Shown here: piece after piece, positions 45,468 to 54,364 of the stretch
Numbering within the stretch: position 1 is the stretch's first letter
Layout: the number at the start of each line of letters is the position of its first letter
Source: Candidatus Thalassarchaeaceae archaeon
GTDB lineage: Archaea; Thermoplasmatota; Poseidoniia; Poseidoniales; Thalassarchaeaceae
Length of the DNA stretch: 64,000 nucleotides
Assembly: GCA_023268715.1 (NCBI GenBank)
Contig: JALRLV010000001.1
Span: forward strand, 6,383 to 70,382
Direction: 5' to 3'
Notes under the pieces: model-generated
Told to the model about the DNA's origin: nothing
Databases searched by the model: none
The model's input: only the letters and a program-made list of their open reading frames with translations
Translations under genes and position numbers: made by a program

Positions 45468-46784
45468 CTAGAATCCTCTTGCTCCGGCTAACGCGGTGAC
45501 TAGCATCATATCTGGTTCCCAGTCCATTACGTTTGCACCCAAGCCTCGTAGCTCACTGATCAGAATATCCCTTTCAGTCTTGAGAACTTCATATCCAGTA
45601 CGATCCAGTCTTCTGGCATCGAACTCGAACTCAAGGCTTGATGGAGAGAGTATGGTAACGTCGAAATTCCTAGCCCTGAAGTCTCTAACTGCATCAATTA
45701 TCGTTGGGTCATCTTCTAATGGACTTAGGATAATAATTGGGCTTCCTCGATTAATGTGAGGTAAAATACGGTTTGTGACTACTCTCAGTGGTGTGTTGCC
45801 CTTTGCCATAGCTCCTGCCAATTTAGTTAGAATCACGTACAATTGTTTCTTACCTGTGTCTCGGTCAACCGATACAATTTCGTCACCATAAGTCACCAAA
45901 CCAACCGAATCTCTTCGAGACAGGAAATACTGCGCTAGGCTTGCGGCAGCCCTTGTACTATAGACCAAGGAATTTCGACTCACTGGGCCAGTTTCAGATA
46001 CAGATCGACTATCGATGATTAGTATAATGTCGCTAACTGCGTCTCGTTCAAACTCGTTTACCATCATTTTTCCAGATCTAGCCCAAGCCTTCCAGTTTAC
46101 CTTCTTCATAGGATCTCCTGGGATATACTCGCGCAAGTTGTAGAAATTCGTACCCTCGCCAGGGTTACGAATGTTGACGGCTCCTGTGAAGATTTTTGGA
46201 ACTCTGCTCTTGATCAATGCGTCTTTGATATCCTCCATCTTGGGGAATACAAGGAAGTCATCATAGAGTTGAATTTCCCTTTCATTGTGGAATAATCCGA
46301 ATGCATCCTGTACTCTTACGCAAACGGGCCCGATAGTATAGAATCCCCGTAGAGGGGCTTCAATCGTGTAGGAAATTTCGGTTTCTTTCCTTCCACCTAA
46401 TTCCATCAGAACATAATTTGCACCTTTCTTTATTCGCATGACTTCAGGGACTCTGTCTCGGACCTCTAGAACCTTGGAGAGAGTAGATCGGTTCTGAATC
46501 CTGAGGACAACATCAATTTCACCGTCCTCGAAAACCCTCGCAGAGGATAGTTTTCGCATTGCGACAATTGATTGGAGAGCCACTCCTGAATCTGCTTCTG
46601 CATCCTCCAAGCGACGTCCACTGGATGCAACATCGGCATGGGTTGTTCGGAATGCAGCATAGGTAAGGAAGGAAAGTAGCACAACTGCGACTGTGACAAG
46701 TTGTTGATTTCTCAACACCAGTCCTAGCAGATACATGGCTACCGCAAGGGCGGCAAACATGGCTGATTTTCTGCTCCATGCCAT
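45468..46784 (-). CDS. DUF58 (vWA-like) protein, MoxR partner
   Basis: It has 2 N-terminal TM helices. NFYNLREYIPGDPMKKVNWKAWARSGKMMVNEFE is the DUF58 signature. It lies immediately downstream of moxR. Confidence 0.85.
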   Translation of the reverse strand: MAWSRKSAMFAALAVAMYLLGLVLRNQQLVTVAVVLLSFLTYAAFRTTHADVASSGRRLEDAEADSGVALQSIVAMRKLSSARVFEDGEIDVVLRIQNRSTLSKVLEVRDRVPEVMRIKKGANYVLMELGGRKETEISYTIEAPLRGFYTIGPVCVRVQDAFGLFHNEREIQLYDDFLVFPKMEDIKDALIKSRVPKIFTGAVNIRNPGEGTNFYNLREYIPGDPMKKVNWKAWARSGKMMVNEFERDAVSDIILIIDSRSVSETGPVSRNSLVYSTRAAASLAQYFLSRRDSVGLVTYGDEIVSVDRDTGKKQLYVILTKLAGAMAKGNTPLRVVTNRILPHINRGSPIIILSPLEDDPTIIDAVRDFRARNFDVTILSPSSLEFEFDARRLDRTGYEVLKTERDILISELRGLGANVMDWEPDMMLVTALAGARGF

Positions 46785-46822
46785 CGGCTACAAACTCCAT
46801 TTGCTAAATTTGGTTAGGATGC

Positions 46823-47830
46823 TCAAACTGTTGGTACAGGTACTTGACGTAGGATATCTGAGATTACTTCGTCAGTCTCGAGACCCTTAATCTGGTGTTC
46901 TGGCTTGAGGATTAATCGGTGAGCCACCGCGAGGGTTGCAACCGACTTCACATCGTCTGGTGTAACAAAGTCGCGTCCACGCATTGCAGCGGCGGAACGA
47001 CTTGTCTTCAGAAGAGCCTGTGAACCACGTGGCGATGAACCAACGAGAACCCTTGGGTCTTCACGGGTTCGAGATACAATCTCAACCATGTACATTCGAA
47101 CTGCAGGGTCGACGAAGACATCTTCGATTGCAGTCTGCATAGCAACCACACGAGCAGGATCGGTAATTGTCTCTACCTCTACATCGTCCTTCTTTCGAGC
47201 AATACGGCGAGCAAGGATTTCGTCCTCATCCGCGCGGTCTGGGTATCCTACACTCATCTTGAACATAAATCGGTCAAGTTGAGCCTCTGGCAGAGGGTAG
47301 GTTCCTTCCTGTTCCACAGGGTTCTGTGTTGCCATTGTTAGGAACGGAGCTGGAAGTTTGTGAGTTACAGTTCCGATGGTAACCTGCTTTTCTTGCATCG
47401 CTTCCAGAAGTGCCGCTTGGGTCTTTGGAGGTGCACGGTTAATCTCGTCAGACAATAGTAGGTTGCAGAAAATCGGTCCTGGCTTAAACGAGAACTCTCC
47501 TTTCTTTGCATCGTAAATATTCGTTCCAGTGATGTCGGCTGGTAGAAGGTCAGGCGTAAATTGTACACGCTTGAAATCACAGCCGAGTGCATCGGCGAAC
47601 GTATTCGTCATTAGGGTCTTTGCGAGTCCTGGATAATCCTCGAACAGGAGGTTACCATTAGACAGGATGTTGATCAACACGTTGTCGATAACATGGCTCT
47701 TTCCGATGATTACTTTCTGCACTTCGGTGCCAATCGCTTGTCCGATTGCACCGACGGCTTCGAGTTTATCACTCATCTTCTTTGAGCCGCCCTTTGGCTT
47801 TGTTTTTGTCGCAGTTTTTTCTTCAGTCAT
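46823..47830 (-). CDS. MoxR-family AAA+ ATPase
   Basis: Walker A is YPGLAKT and Walker B is LLSDEINRAPPKTQAALLEAMQE. ATQNPVEQEGTYPLPEAQLDRF is also present. Confidence 0.93.
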   Translation of the reverse strand: MTEEKTATKTKPKGGSKKMSDKLEAVGAIGQAIGTEVQKVIIGKSHVIDNVLINILSNGNLLFEDYPGLAKTLMTNTFADALGCDFKRVQFTPDLLPADITGTNIYDAKKGEFSFKPGPIFCNLLLSDEINRAPPKTQAALLEAMQEKQVTIGTVTHKLPAPFLTMATQNPVEQEGTYPLPEAQLDRFMFKMSVGYPDRADEDEILARRIARKKDDVEVETITDPARVVAMQTAIEDVFVDPAVRMYMVEIVSRTREDPRVLVGSSPRGSQALLKTSRSAAAMRGRDFVTPDDVKSVATLAVAHRLILKPEHQIKGLETDEVISDILRQVPVPTV

Positions 47831-47856
47831 TTTTCTCTCTCCATTTTCTGTTTGTT

Positions 47857-49464
47857 TCAGTTTTTACCCCAGCGTCTTATCGCTACCATTAGTTGACGTA
47901 ATTCTTGGGGAGTGTATTTTCTGCTTTGGCTATATGCCAGTTCAACGAGTCTTGGGTCTCCAATCATCGTTTGAACCTCAGCTGGGGGTTTAATCGCCAT
48001 CTGATCTCTAGTTAGGTCATGATGTACTCTAACTTTGGTGAATAGTGCTTTTTGCACTCGTTCTCGATAGGAACTAGGGTCCAATTTATTCGGCCGTTCT
48101 TTGAATCTGGTAAGGTCAAAAATATGACGCCAGTTTTCTTTTTCTGGGACAACCATCATCGCAACTAGCAATAGCAATCCAACGTTTAGAACAACCAACC
48201 ATTTTAGGAATGTATTCGAAGTCAAGAGTACAACAGTACCCATTGTTTCTACAAATGGGGCGGATATGATCCCGGTAACGTGTCGACTTTCGTCAAAGAC
48301 AATTTGGAATTCACTTTTATCATCTCGAATAGACTTAGCCAATTTGGGATTATCATGCTCCATCATATCATCAATAAGTAAGGAGAAGTATTGTTCATTA
48401 CCTTGCCAATATGTCTCTCTTACTGTGTTTAACCAGCAGTTGTTGTCTTGCTGTTCGCATGAAGAACTCATGTCGTTTTCAACCGCTACATCAAGACTCC
48501 ACAATCTGTTCGAGAAAGCCTCTTCATCGGATACAAAAACGATGCTACCTGTAACTTGGAGTTCTCTAGTGTTTCCACCTACTAATCCGCCTGAACCCGC
48601 GCTAACCTTGTCAAAGGTGGTAACTCCCGGGTAATCGATTCGGATGATTAGGGCCAAATCTCCAGGTGCTGGGTTTCTCTGATCATCTGCAAGTCCGTTA
48701 CCTTGTACATCGATAAACGCAGATGGGGAAGCGGTTGAGAGAATCTTAACTTTTCTTTGATTTTCTGATGCTTGACTCGGGTCATCTTCAGGAAGGGGTT
48801 CAAATTTCATTCCAGTAGGCGAACGGAACATAACCGGAAGTCTACAATTTTCTCTATTCTCCTCTAAGACATCGGTATCTATACAGCCTTGTCTTAGATA
48901 GGAAGGTGGCATATCGTTGACATCTTCTGAAACCGCTGCAAGCCCCCACACGTTTAGCCAGGATCCTGTGATTGGTTGTCCATCTTCATATTCATTCCAA
49001 TACTGATTCTCATCGTTGAGCGGGGAATCAAAGAAAGTAACGCCAAATTTCTCGGCCAATCGATTTGCATTTGTTCCGTCAGCAGCGACTATGACCTTGC
49101 CTCCATTTTTGGTTACAAAGTCGTAAATCGCGTCAGCTTCAGTTTCAGCGATTGGCTTCTCTGGACCAATAATCATCAATGCTGTTCGATGAGGATCTCT
49201 CCAATCATTGACAAGCATAGGAGTGGACATTGTATTCGCGATAAAATAGCCTTCATCGGTTGCCATTGTCTCTCGCATGTCTGTAACCTGAGCGAGTGAA
49301 CTGATCTCTCCTCCTTCGCCTTCGGTATAGGCGGAATAGTAGGTTGACTTTCCTGCAACAAAAATCATTGGCAGAATCAACAGAAGTACCACTGTGGTAG
49401 CGACAGAGCCAACTACCAGTCTAGTGAAATTTGCCTCTTCTGATTTATCTTCAGCCACAATCAT
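47857..49464 (-). CDS. DUF4350-like membrane protein, first gene of the MoxR operon
   Basis: It has an N-terminal TM helix. RTALMIIGPEKPIAETEADAIYDFVTKNGGKVIVAADG is DUF4350-like. A second TM helix lies near residue 430, followed by a basic cytoplasmic tail. Confidence 0.55.
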   Translation of the reverse strand: MIVAEDKSEEANFTRLVVGSVATTVVLLLILPMIFVAGKSTYYSAYTEGEGGEISSLAQVTDMRETMATDEGYFIANTMSTPMLVNDWRDPHRTALMIIGPEKPIAETEADAIYDFVTKNGGKVIVAADGTNANRLAEKFGVTFFDSPLNDENQYWNEYEDGQPITGSWLNVWGLAAVSEDVNDMPPSYLRQGCIDTDVLEENRENCRLPVMFRSPTGMKFEPLPEDDPSQASENQRKVKILSTASPSAFIDVQGNGLADDQRNPAPGDLALIIRIDYPGVTTFDKVSAGSGGLVGGNTRELQVTGSIVFVSDEEAFSNRLWSLDVAVENDMSSSCEQQDNNCWLNTVRETYWQGNEQYFSLLIDDMMEHDNPKLAKSIRDDKSEFQIVFDESRHVTGIISAPFVETMGTVVLLTSNTFLKWLVVLNVGLLLLVAMMVVPEKENWRHIFDLTRFKERPNKLDPSSYRERVQKALFTKVRVHHDLTRDQMAIKPPAEVQTMIGDPRLVELAYSQSRKYTPQELRQLMVAIRRWGKN

Positions 49465-49649
49465 TCCCTTCCAATCAAAGATTTAGCGTAGGCTAGGCAC
49501 ACCCACGCTTCTTGGCGAACCTCATTCCACAGATATATGTTGTTGATTACAGGGCACCATTAATATGGTAATTTTGTATGGTCTGATGTGTTTATTGCAC
49601 TATTCCAGTGAGTTGATTTTGATGAAGAAATCTGAAAAATAAAACAGAA

Positions 49650-50591
49650 TTATTGTCTTCTTCTCGCATCAACAAATAGTGCCCCAATTAGCGAACAAAG
49701 AATGACACTTATTCCGGGAGCAGGGAGATTTGAGGTGACCACCTCTACAGGGTCTTCTTCTTCATCTGGGTCATCAGGGTCTTGGTTATTTGTTGGTGGC
49801 TGTTCAACGGTTATTCGTGTGAAGTCTGTTGAAAGCTGACTTCCATCTGCCCCATCTGAAGCAACAGTAACTTCCACTCGACAATTCCGTTGAGGGTGAC
49901 TTTCTGAAGCAGTTACTTTGAGGTCTGCGGTAGTCTTGCCTCCCTTCTCAATGTTCCTTGTAAGTAAGGCATCAAGCCCGGAGTCAGTAGTCATGAGAGG
50001 GCAGTCGTCAGTGACTTCCAAATCGCGAACTTTGTCTCTAGAATTCCCTTCGTTTGTAACAGTGACTTTGAGGATTGTATCTGTTCCTGAATTCATGGGT
50101 CCAACTGGATCAGCAATTTCCACATTTAGCATGAAAATTTCAGGGATCTCCAGGTCTCCAATTTTTTCTTGGCTTTCAGGGATTATAACTGGCATACCAT
50201 TCCTTTCTTGTAAATTGGCTGTAATTGTGAACGATTCTATCTTGCCAGCGTCGATTTCATAGACATCGATACCTCGAACCATGATTGTGAATGAATCGTT
50301 ATTCCCGGGCTCTATTGTCGCATCTTCGGGAGCGCCGATAATTTCTGCATTGAAAGGAAATTCATACTCAAAAGCAACTTTTACAGAAAGCAGACCTTGA
50401 TTATCGACAAACATTGTTATCGAAGCCATACCTGTCTCGGAAACCACAAATGGGTTACTATCATCTTCATCTGGATATTCAATTCCCAGCTCCCAATTCC
50501 CAAGAGACGGTTCGGGTTGAGCCACTGAGTTCGGAATTATAGCAACAAATATTGCAGTAATTAGAAAAATAGGTATTATTGCCCTGCTCAA
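49650..50591 (-). CDS. Secreted protein with two CARDB/Ig-like domains and a PGF-CTERM-like anchor
   Basis: I moved the start to TTG 50591-50589, which overlaps the TGA of the upstream gene (TTGA). This gives the signal peptide MSRAIIPIFLITAIFVAIIPNSVAQP. ILKVTVTNEGNSRD is CARDB-like. The C-terminus is NLPAPGISVILCSLIGALFVDARRRQ. Confidence 0.65.
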   Translation of the reverse strand: MSRAIIPIFLITAIFVAIIPNSVAQPEPSLGNWELGIEYPDEDDSNPFVVSETGMASITMFVDNQGLLSVKVAFEYEFPFNAEIIGAPEDATIEPGNNDSFTIMVRGIDVYEIDAGKIESFTITANLQERNGMPVIIPESQEKIGDLEIPEIFMLNVEIADPVGPMNSGTDTILKVTVTNEGNSRDKVRDLEVTDDCPLMTTDSGLDALLTRNIEKGGKTTADLKVTASESHPQRNCRVEVTVASDGADGSQLSTDFTRITVEQPPTNNQDPDDPDEEEDPVEVVTSNLPAPGISVILCSLIGALFVDARRRQ

Positions 50592-51577
50592 GAACCTCCC
50601 TCCATCAATCCCGCGCAGGCACGTCGTGTTAACACCTTCACCATCTTTTTTCTGTAAGAAGGCGAGAACCATGTGTTTTGAACCGGCTTGACAGATTTTC
50701 TGATAGATTCTGCTAACTCGTTAATTGATTCAGCGCCGGACCATCCTTCTAGACAAGCGTCAACCTCTTTTGTATGAAGCATCGGAATCGATTCCAATCC
50801 TGTAGTCGCCAATCTAAGTTGAATCGGTTTTGTCGAATCGTTTTTCTTCCATACCGCTGCAACTCCCGCTTCAGGGAAATCCCACGATTCTCGTTGACGT
50901 AATTTCTGGTAATCTCCTTCCCATTCAGCAACATCTTCAGGAAGTGTAAGGTGAGTGACTAATTCCCCTGTTTGAAGTACATTCCTAGTCATCCCATCAA
51001 GTTGGAAGAATTCGCTAAGTTCCATAGAGCGGGCACCATTTGGCCCAGCGAGGTGTATCTTCGCTTCAAGACACATTAGTACAGGGGCGAGATCTGCTTG
51101 GTAGGTGGCCACACAGAGAGTGTTTTGATTTGGAATCACTCTGCAATCTGCTTCTGTTCCACAATCACATTTGTGGCACCAATCTATGGATTCTCTCCAT
51201 TGTTCTGTTTGATTAAACCAATAACACCTAGTGTCGAGGCAAATATTACCTCCTACTGTTCCAGAACGCCTGACCATTATACTAGCCACAGTATCTGCAG
51301 CTTTGGCAAGAACTGGATGTGTAGCACTTGATTGGACTAGGTCTTGAAGCCGTACCATTGCTCCAATGTGCGTCTCATTGAGTTCCGTTAGTTCATTTAT
51401 CTTCGCAAGAGAAATTACATTCGGTTTAACATTAAGGTGCCATTTGTAATTTGGAAGTAAGTCCGTTCCTCCAGCAACCCAATCAAAATCTTGCTTCTTG
51501 GAAGTCAAGTCACTAGCAATCGAAATTGCCTCCTCAATACTAGTTGGAGTATGTAATTGGAACGGAGGCATGCGCAT
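50588..51577 (-). CDS. Molybdenum hydroxylase FAD-binding (medium) subunit with a Cys-rich insertion
   Basis: FDWVAGGTDLLPN and GTVGGN are CoxM/XdhB/HcrB-type FAD motifs. An insertion of about 40 aa with 7 Cys (nt 51113-51241) lies between GGN and DLAPVL. Confidence 0.85.
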   Translation of the reverse strand: MRMPPFQLHTPTSIEEAISIASDLTSKKQDFDWVAGGTDLLPNYKWHLNVKPNVISLAKINELTELNETHIGAMVRLQDLVQSSATHPVLAKAADTVASIMVRRSGTVGGNICLDTRCYWFNQTEQWRESIDWCHKCDCGTEADCRVIPNQNTLCVATYQADLAPVLMCLEAKIHLAGPNGARSMELSEFFQLDGMTRNVLQTGELVTHLTLPEDVAEWEGDYQKLRQRESWDFPEAGVAAVWKKNDSTKPIQLRLATTGLESIPMLHTKEVDACLEGWSGAESINELAESIRKSVKPVQNTWFSPSYRKKMVKVLTRRACAGLMEGGS

Positions 51578-54360
51578 CAGGAATCACCTCGATGTCTTCT
51601 TTCTGTATGCTTCCAAGCGCTACCTGCTAAGCGAGGGTCAGCCAGATATTCTTCAGATGGAATAACATTCACAGCCCATTTTTCATCGACCTCATCTGGT
51701 GGTGTTGTGGGGTCTAATCCAAACAATGCTCCGTTATGGTATGGTTCTCTATTTTCGTTGTGCCGTCTATCTAGATCGCGCTTTGCATGTTCTGCTGCTC
51801 TCTTCGATAGTATAGATTGGAGGTCAGAATGTTCTAGTCGCGGACTGGGTAATTCTAACGGGTCATCCACTCCTTCGGCCTTACATTTTCTTTCAATAAG
51901 TCTTAGTAATCTGTCAGGAGTAATTGGTAATTCAGCCGTCCTAACTCCAATTGCATCGTACACGGCATTACAAACTGCGGGTAGGATAGGAAGAAGTGGA
52001 CCTTCTCCCGCTTCTTTGGCTCCGAATGGCCCTTCTGGGTCATTAGATTCGACAATTATTGGAAAGACATCGGGCATTTCATGAACACTTGGAATCTTGT
52101 AATCTAATAAATCAGGATTCATTAGATGTCCACTTCGACCATACCTCATTTCTTCACTCAAAACCTGGCCCATTCCCATATGGCAAGAGCCGATTATCTG
52201 TCCCTTTACTGCCAGCGGATTAAGTGCTTTACCACAGTCATGAGCTGCCCAAACTTTGTCGACTTTTGTTTGACCGGTTTCAACATCTACAGAGACTTCT
52301 GCAACATATGCAGAGAAGGAATATGCAGGTGCTAATCCAGCGGCTGCGCCTTTGTGAGTTCGGCCCATTGGAGGGGTTCTATATGCTCCTGATGCCACCA
52401 GTGCCCCTCGATCTTCTTGCGCTTTGTGAAGGGCTTCGAGATATGAAACACCTACCGCAGGGTCATTTTTAGCGAATATACGGCGATCTCCTATGACTAA
52501 TTTTTCTCGTTCCGCCCCGGTGATTTCAACCGTCGCATCGAGTAAATCATCCCGAATTTGCATTGCTGCTGAAATCGCTGCATTTGCGTTCATGAAAGTA
52601 ACTCTTGAAGAATATGAACCTAGGTCAACTGGTGAGGTGTCTGATTCCCTAGACCTAATTCGAATCAAATCTAGAGGGAGCCCCAAAACTTCTGCTACCG
52701 ATTGAGCGACTACTGTGTCAGATCCCTGACCGATATCAGCCGCACCAGTGTGGACTGTTACGCCTCCATCCATGTCGATTTTCAGATGGACTGTTGCATG
52801 GGGGAATTTATTTGGGTCCCAATGTATAGGTAATCCCGAACCCGAGATAAAGAATCCACAGCCAATCCCGATTCCCTTTCCTAGGGGCATGTTCCTAAAT
52901 TTCTCGTCCCAGCCGCTTTCTTGCTTGACCCGCTCTAAACATTCGCGCATTCCTATACTTGTTACCCTGAATCCAGTTATTGTAGCGGAATGCGGAGGTA
53001 GTAAATTGGCTAGTCTGAGGTCTATAGGGTCAACAGATAATTGCTCTGCTAAATCATCTAATCCAGTCTCTACCGCACAACGAGAATTTACTGCTCCATG
53101 ACCTCGCATGGCCCCACTTGCCGGCTTATTGGTCCATACTCTAGCACCAGTGTAATGGAAGGCTCCAATTTCATAGGGGGCAGTATGTAGAACTCCGTTG
53201 TAGTAGGTTGTTACGTGTCCGAATGAGGCAAAACCACCACCGTCAATCAAAGCATCGGTTTCAATTCCACAAATACGGCCTTGATCGTCTGCATGGAGAT
53301 TCATTTCGATTCTTGATGGATGGCGGCCACGATTGATCCAGTATACCTCCTCACGGTCGAAGGTAATTCTGACAGGTCGACCGGACTTTCTTGCTAAAAT
53401 CGCGGAGCACATCTCATGGGGGAATGGGTCAGATTTACCTCCAAATCCACCACCTACAAAGGTTCTGAACACGTTGATTTGATGCATCGGAATTTCTAGC
53501 ACATCCGCTAGGGCTCGATGAACATAATGAGGCACCTGTTGCGGAGTGTAGAGAGTTAATCTACCGGAAGGGTCCCAATTCGCCACTACTGCATGAGGTT
53601 CCGTTGCAGCATGATTGACTCCAGCGAATAACCAGTTTTGCTTGTGACTTGCTATCGCATTTTTTTCAATTCCATCTACATCTCCAAATTCTTGAAAAAC
53701 ACGCTTCTGGACATTAGCATCACCGATGTGATATTTTCCTCGGTCGTGAATAGGGTTTTCACTATCTTGTAAACCATCACGCATGTCGTGAATAGAATCT
53801 AGGATTTCGTATTCCACCTCGATTAAACGTTCAGCTTCCCTTGCCGTCGCCTCATCTTCTGCTGCAACACACGCAACTAGATCACCTACGTGACGGACTT
53901 TTTCCACAGCCATTGCATGTTCATCCTTGGTTACGGGTAAAACACCAAACTTATTTTCCGCATCTGCACCAGTTGCAATTGCTACCACTCCCGGAAGTTC
54001 AAGAGCCTTGGAAAAATCGATTGACAAAACACGAGCATAATGATGTGGAGAGCGAATAATTCTTCCAATCAGTTCTCCGGGCAACCTGATATCATCTCCA
54101 TACTGAGCCTGACCAGTTACCTTCCATTTCCCATCTACCAAGGCAGTTGGTTTTCCAATTATTTGTCCACTGACTAATTTGTCATGTCTGTGTGAGCCCC
54201 ATGGTTGGGCTAACTTCCCACCTTGAGATTCGGGAATCATCCCTTGGTCAGTTGGGCTGGAGAATTGATTTTTCCCACCTGAGCCTGGTTTGGCAAAAGG
54301 TAACTTTCCCGGTTGTTGTCTATAACCAACCATTTCATCCTCATTACCGTCTTTTGCCAT
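51577..54360 (-). CDS. Molybdopterin-binding large subunit, xanthine dehydrogenase/aldehyde oxidase family
   Basis: Motifs seen: VGGGFGGK, ASGAMRGHG, GQGSDT and AKEAGEGP. Start is ATG 54360, 5 nt after the small-subunit stop; the track start at 54570 would overlap that gene. The stop shares 1 nt with the FAD-subunit ATG. Confidence 0.9.
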   Translation of the reverse strand: MAKDGNEDEMVGYRQQPGKLPFAKPGSGGKNQFSSPTDQGMIPESQGGKLAQPWGSHRHDKLVSGQIIGKPTALVDGKWKVTGQAQYGDDIRLPGELIGRIIRSPHHYARVLSIDFSKALELPGVVAIATGADAENKFGVLPVTKDEHAMAVEKVRHVGDLVACVAAEDEATAREAERLIEVEYEILDSIHDMRDGLQDSENPIHDRGKYHIGDANVQKRVFQEFGDVDGIEKNAIASHKQNWLFAGVNHAATEPHAVVANWDPSGRLTLYTPQQVPHYVHRALADVLEIPMHQINVFRTFVGGGFGGKSDPFPHEMCSAILARKSGRPVRITFDREEVYWINRGRHPSRIEMNLHADDQGRICGIETDALIDGGGFASFGHVTTYYNGVLHTAPYEIGAFHYTGARVWTNKPASGAMRGHGAVNSRCAVETGLDDLAEQLSVDPIDLRLANLLPPHSATITGFRVTSIGMRECLERVKQESGWDEKFRNMPLGKGIGIGCGFFISGSGLPIHWDPNKFPHATVHLKIDMDGGVTVHTGAADIGQGSDTVVAQSVAEVLGLPLDLIRIRSRESDTSPVDLGSYSSRVTFMNANAAISAAMQIRDDLLDATVEITGAEREKLVIGDRRIFAKNDPAVGVSYLEALHKAQEDRGALVASGAYRTPPMGRTHKGAAAGLAPAYSFSAYVAEVSVDVETGQTKVDKVWAAHDCGKALNPLAVKGQIIGSCHMGMGQVLSEEMRYGRSGHLMNPDLLDYKIPSVHEMPDVFPIIVESNDPEGPFGAKEAGEGPLLPILPAVCNAVYDAIGVRTAELPITPDRLLRLIERKCKAEGVDDPLELPSPRLEHSDLQSILSKRAAEHAKRDLDRRHNENREPYHNGALFGLDPTTPPDEVDEKWAVNVIPSEEYLADPRLAGSAWKHTERRHRGDS

Positions 54361-54364
54361 TGAA

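Noticed and set aside
45460-45480. Programmed -1 frameshift joining DUF58 to the downstream membrane-protein frame.
   Set aside because: The junction (GGA TTC TAG GGG) has no X XXY YYZ slippery heptamer and no obvious downstream pseudoknot. It is retained only as a low-interest open-frame observation.
49570-49645. Possible C/D-box sRNA in the AT-rich spacer (TGATGA ... CTGA at about 49618-49635, CTGATG at about 49583).
   Set aside because: The box spacing is wrong: only 6 nt lie between the C'-like and D-like boxes. There are no terminal stem or guide-length spacers. These are most likely chance occurrences in a promoter region.
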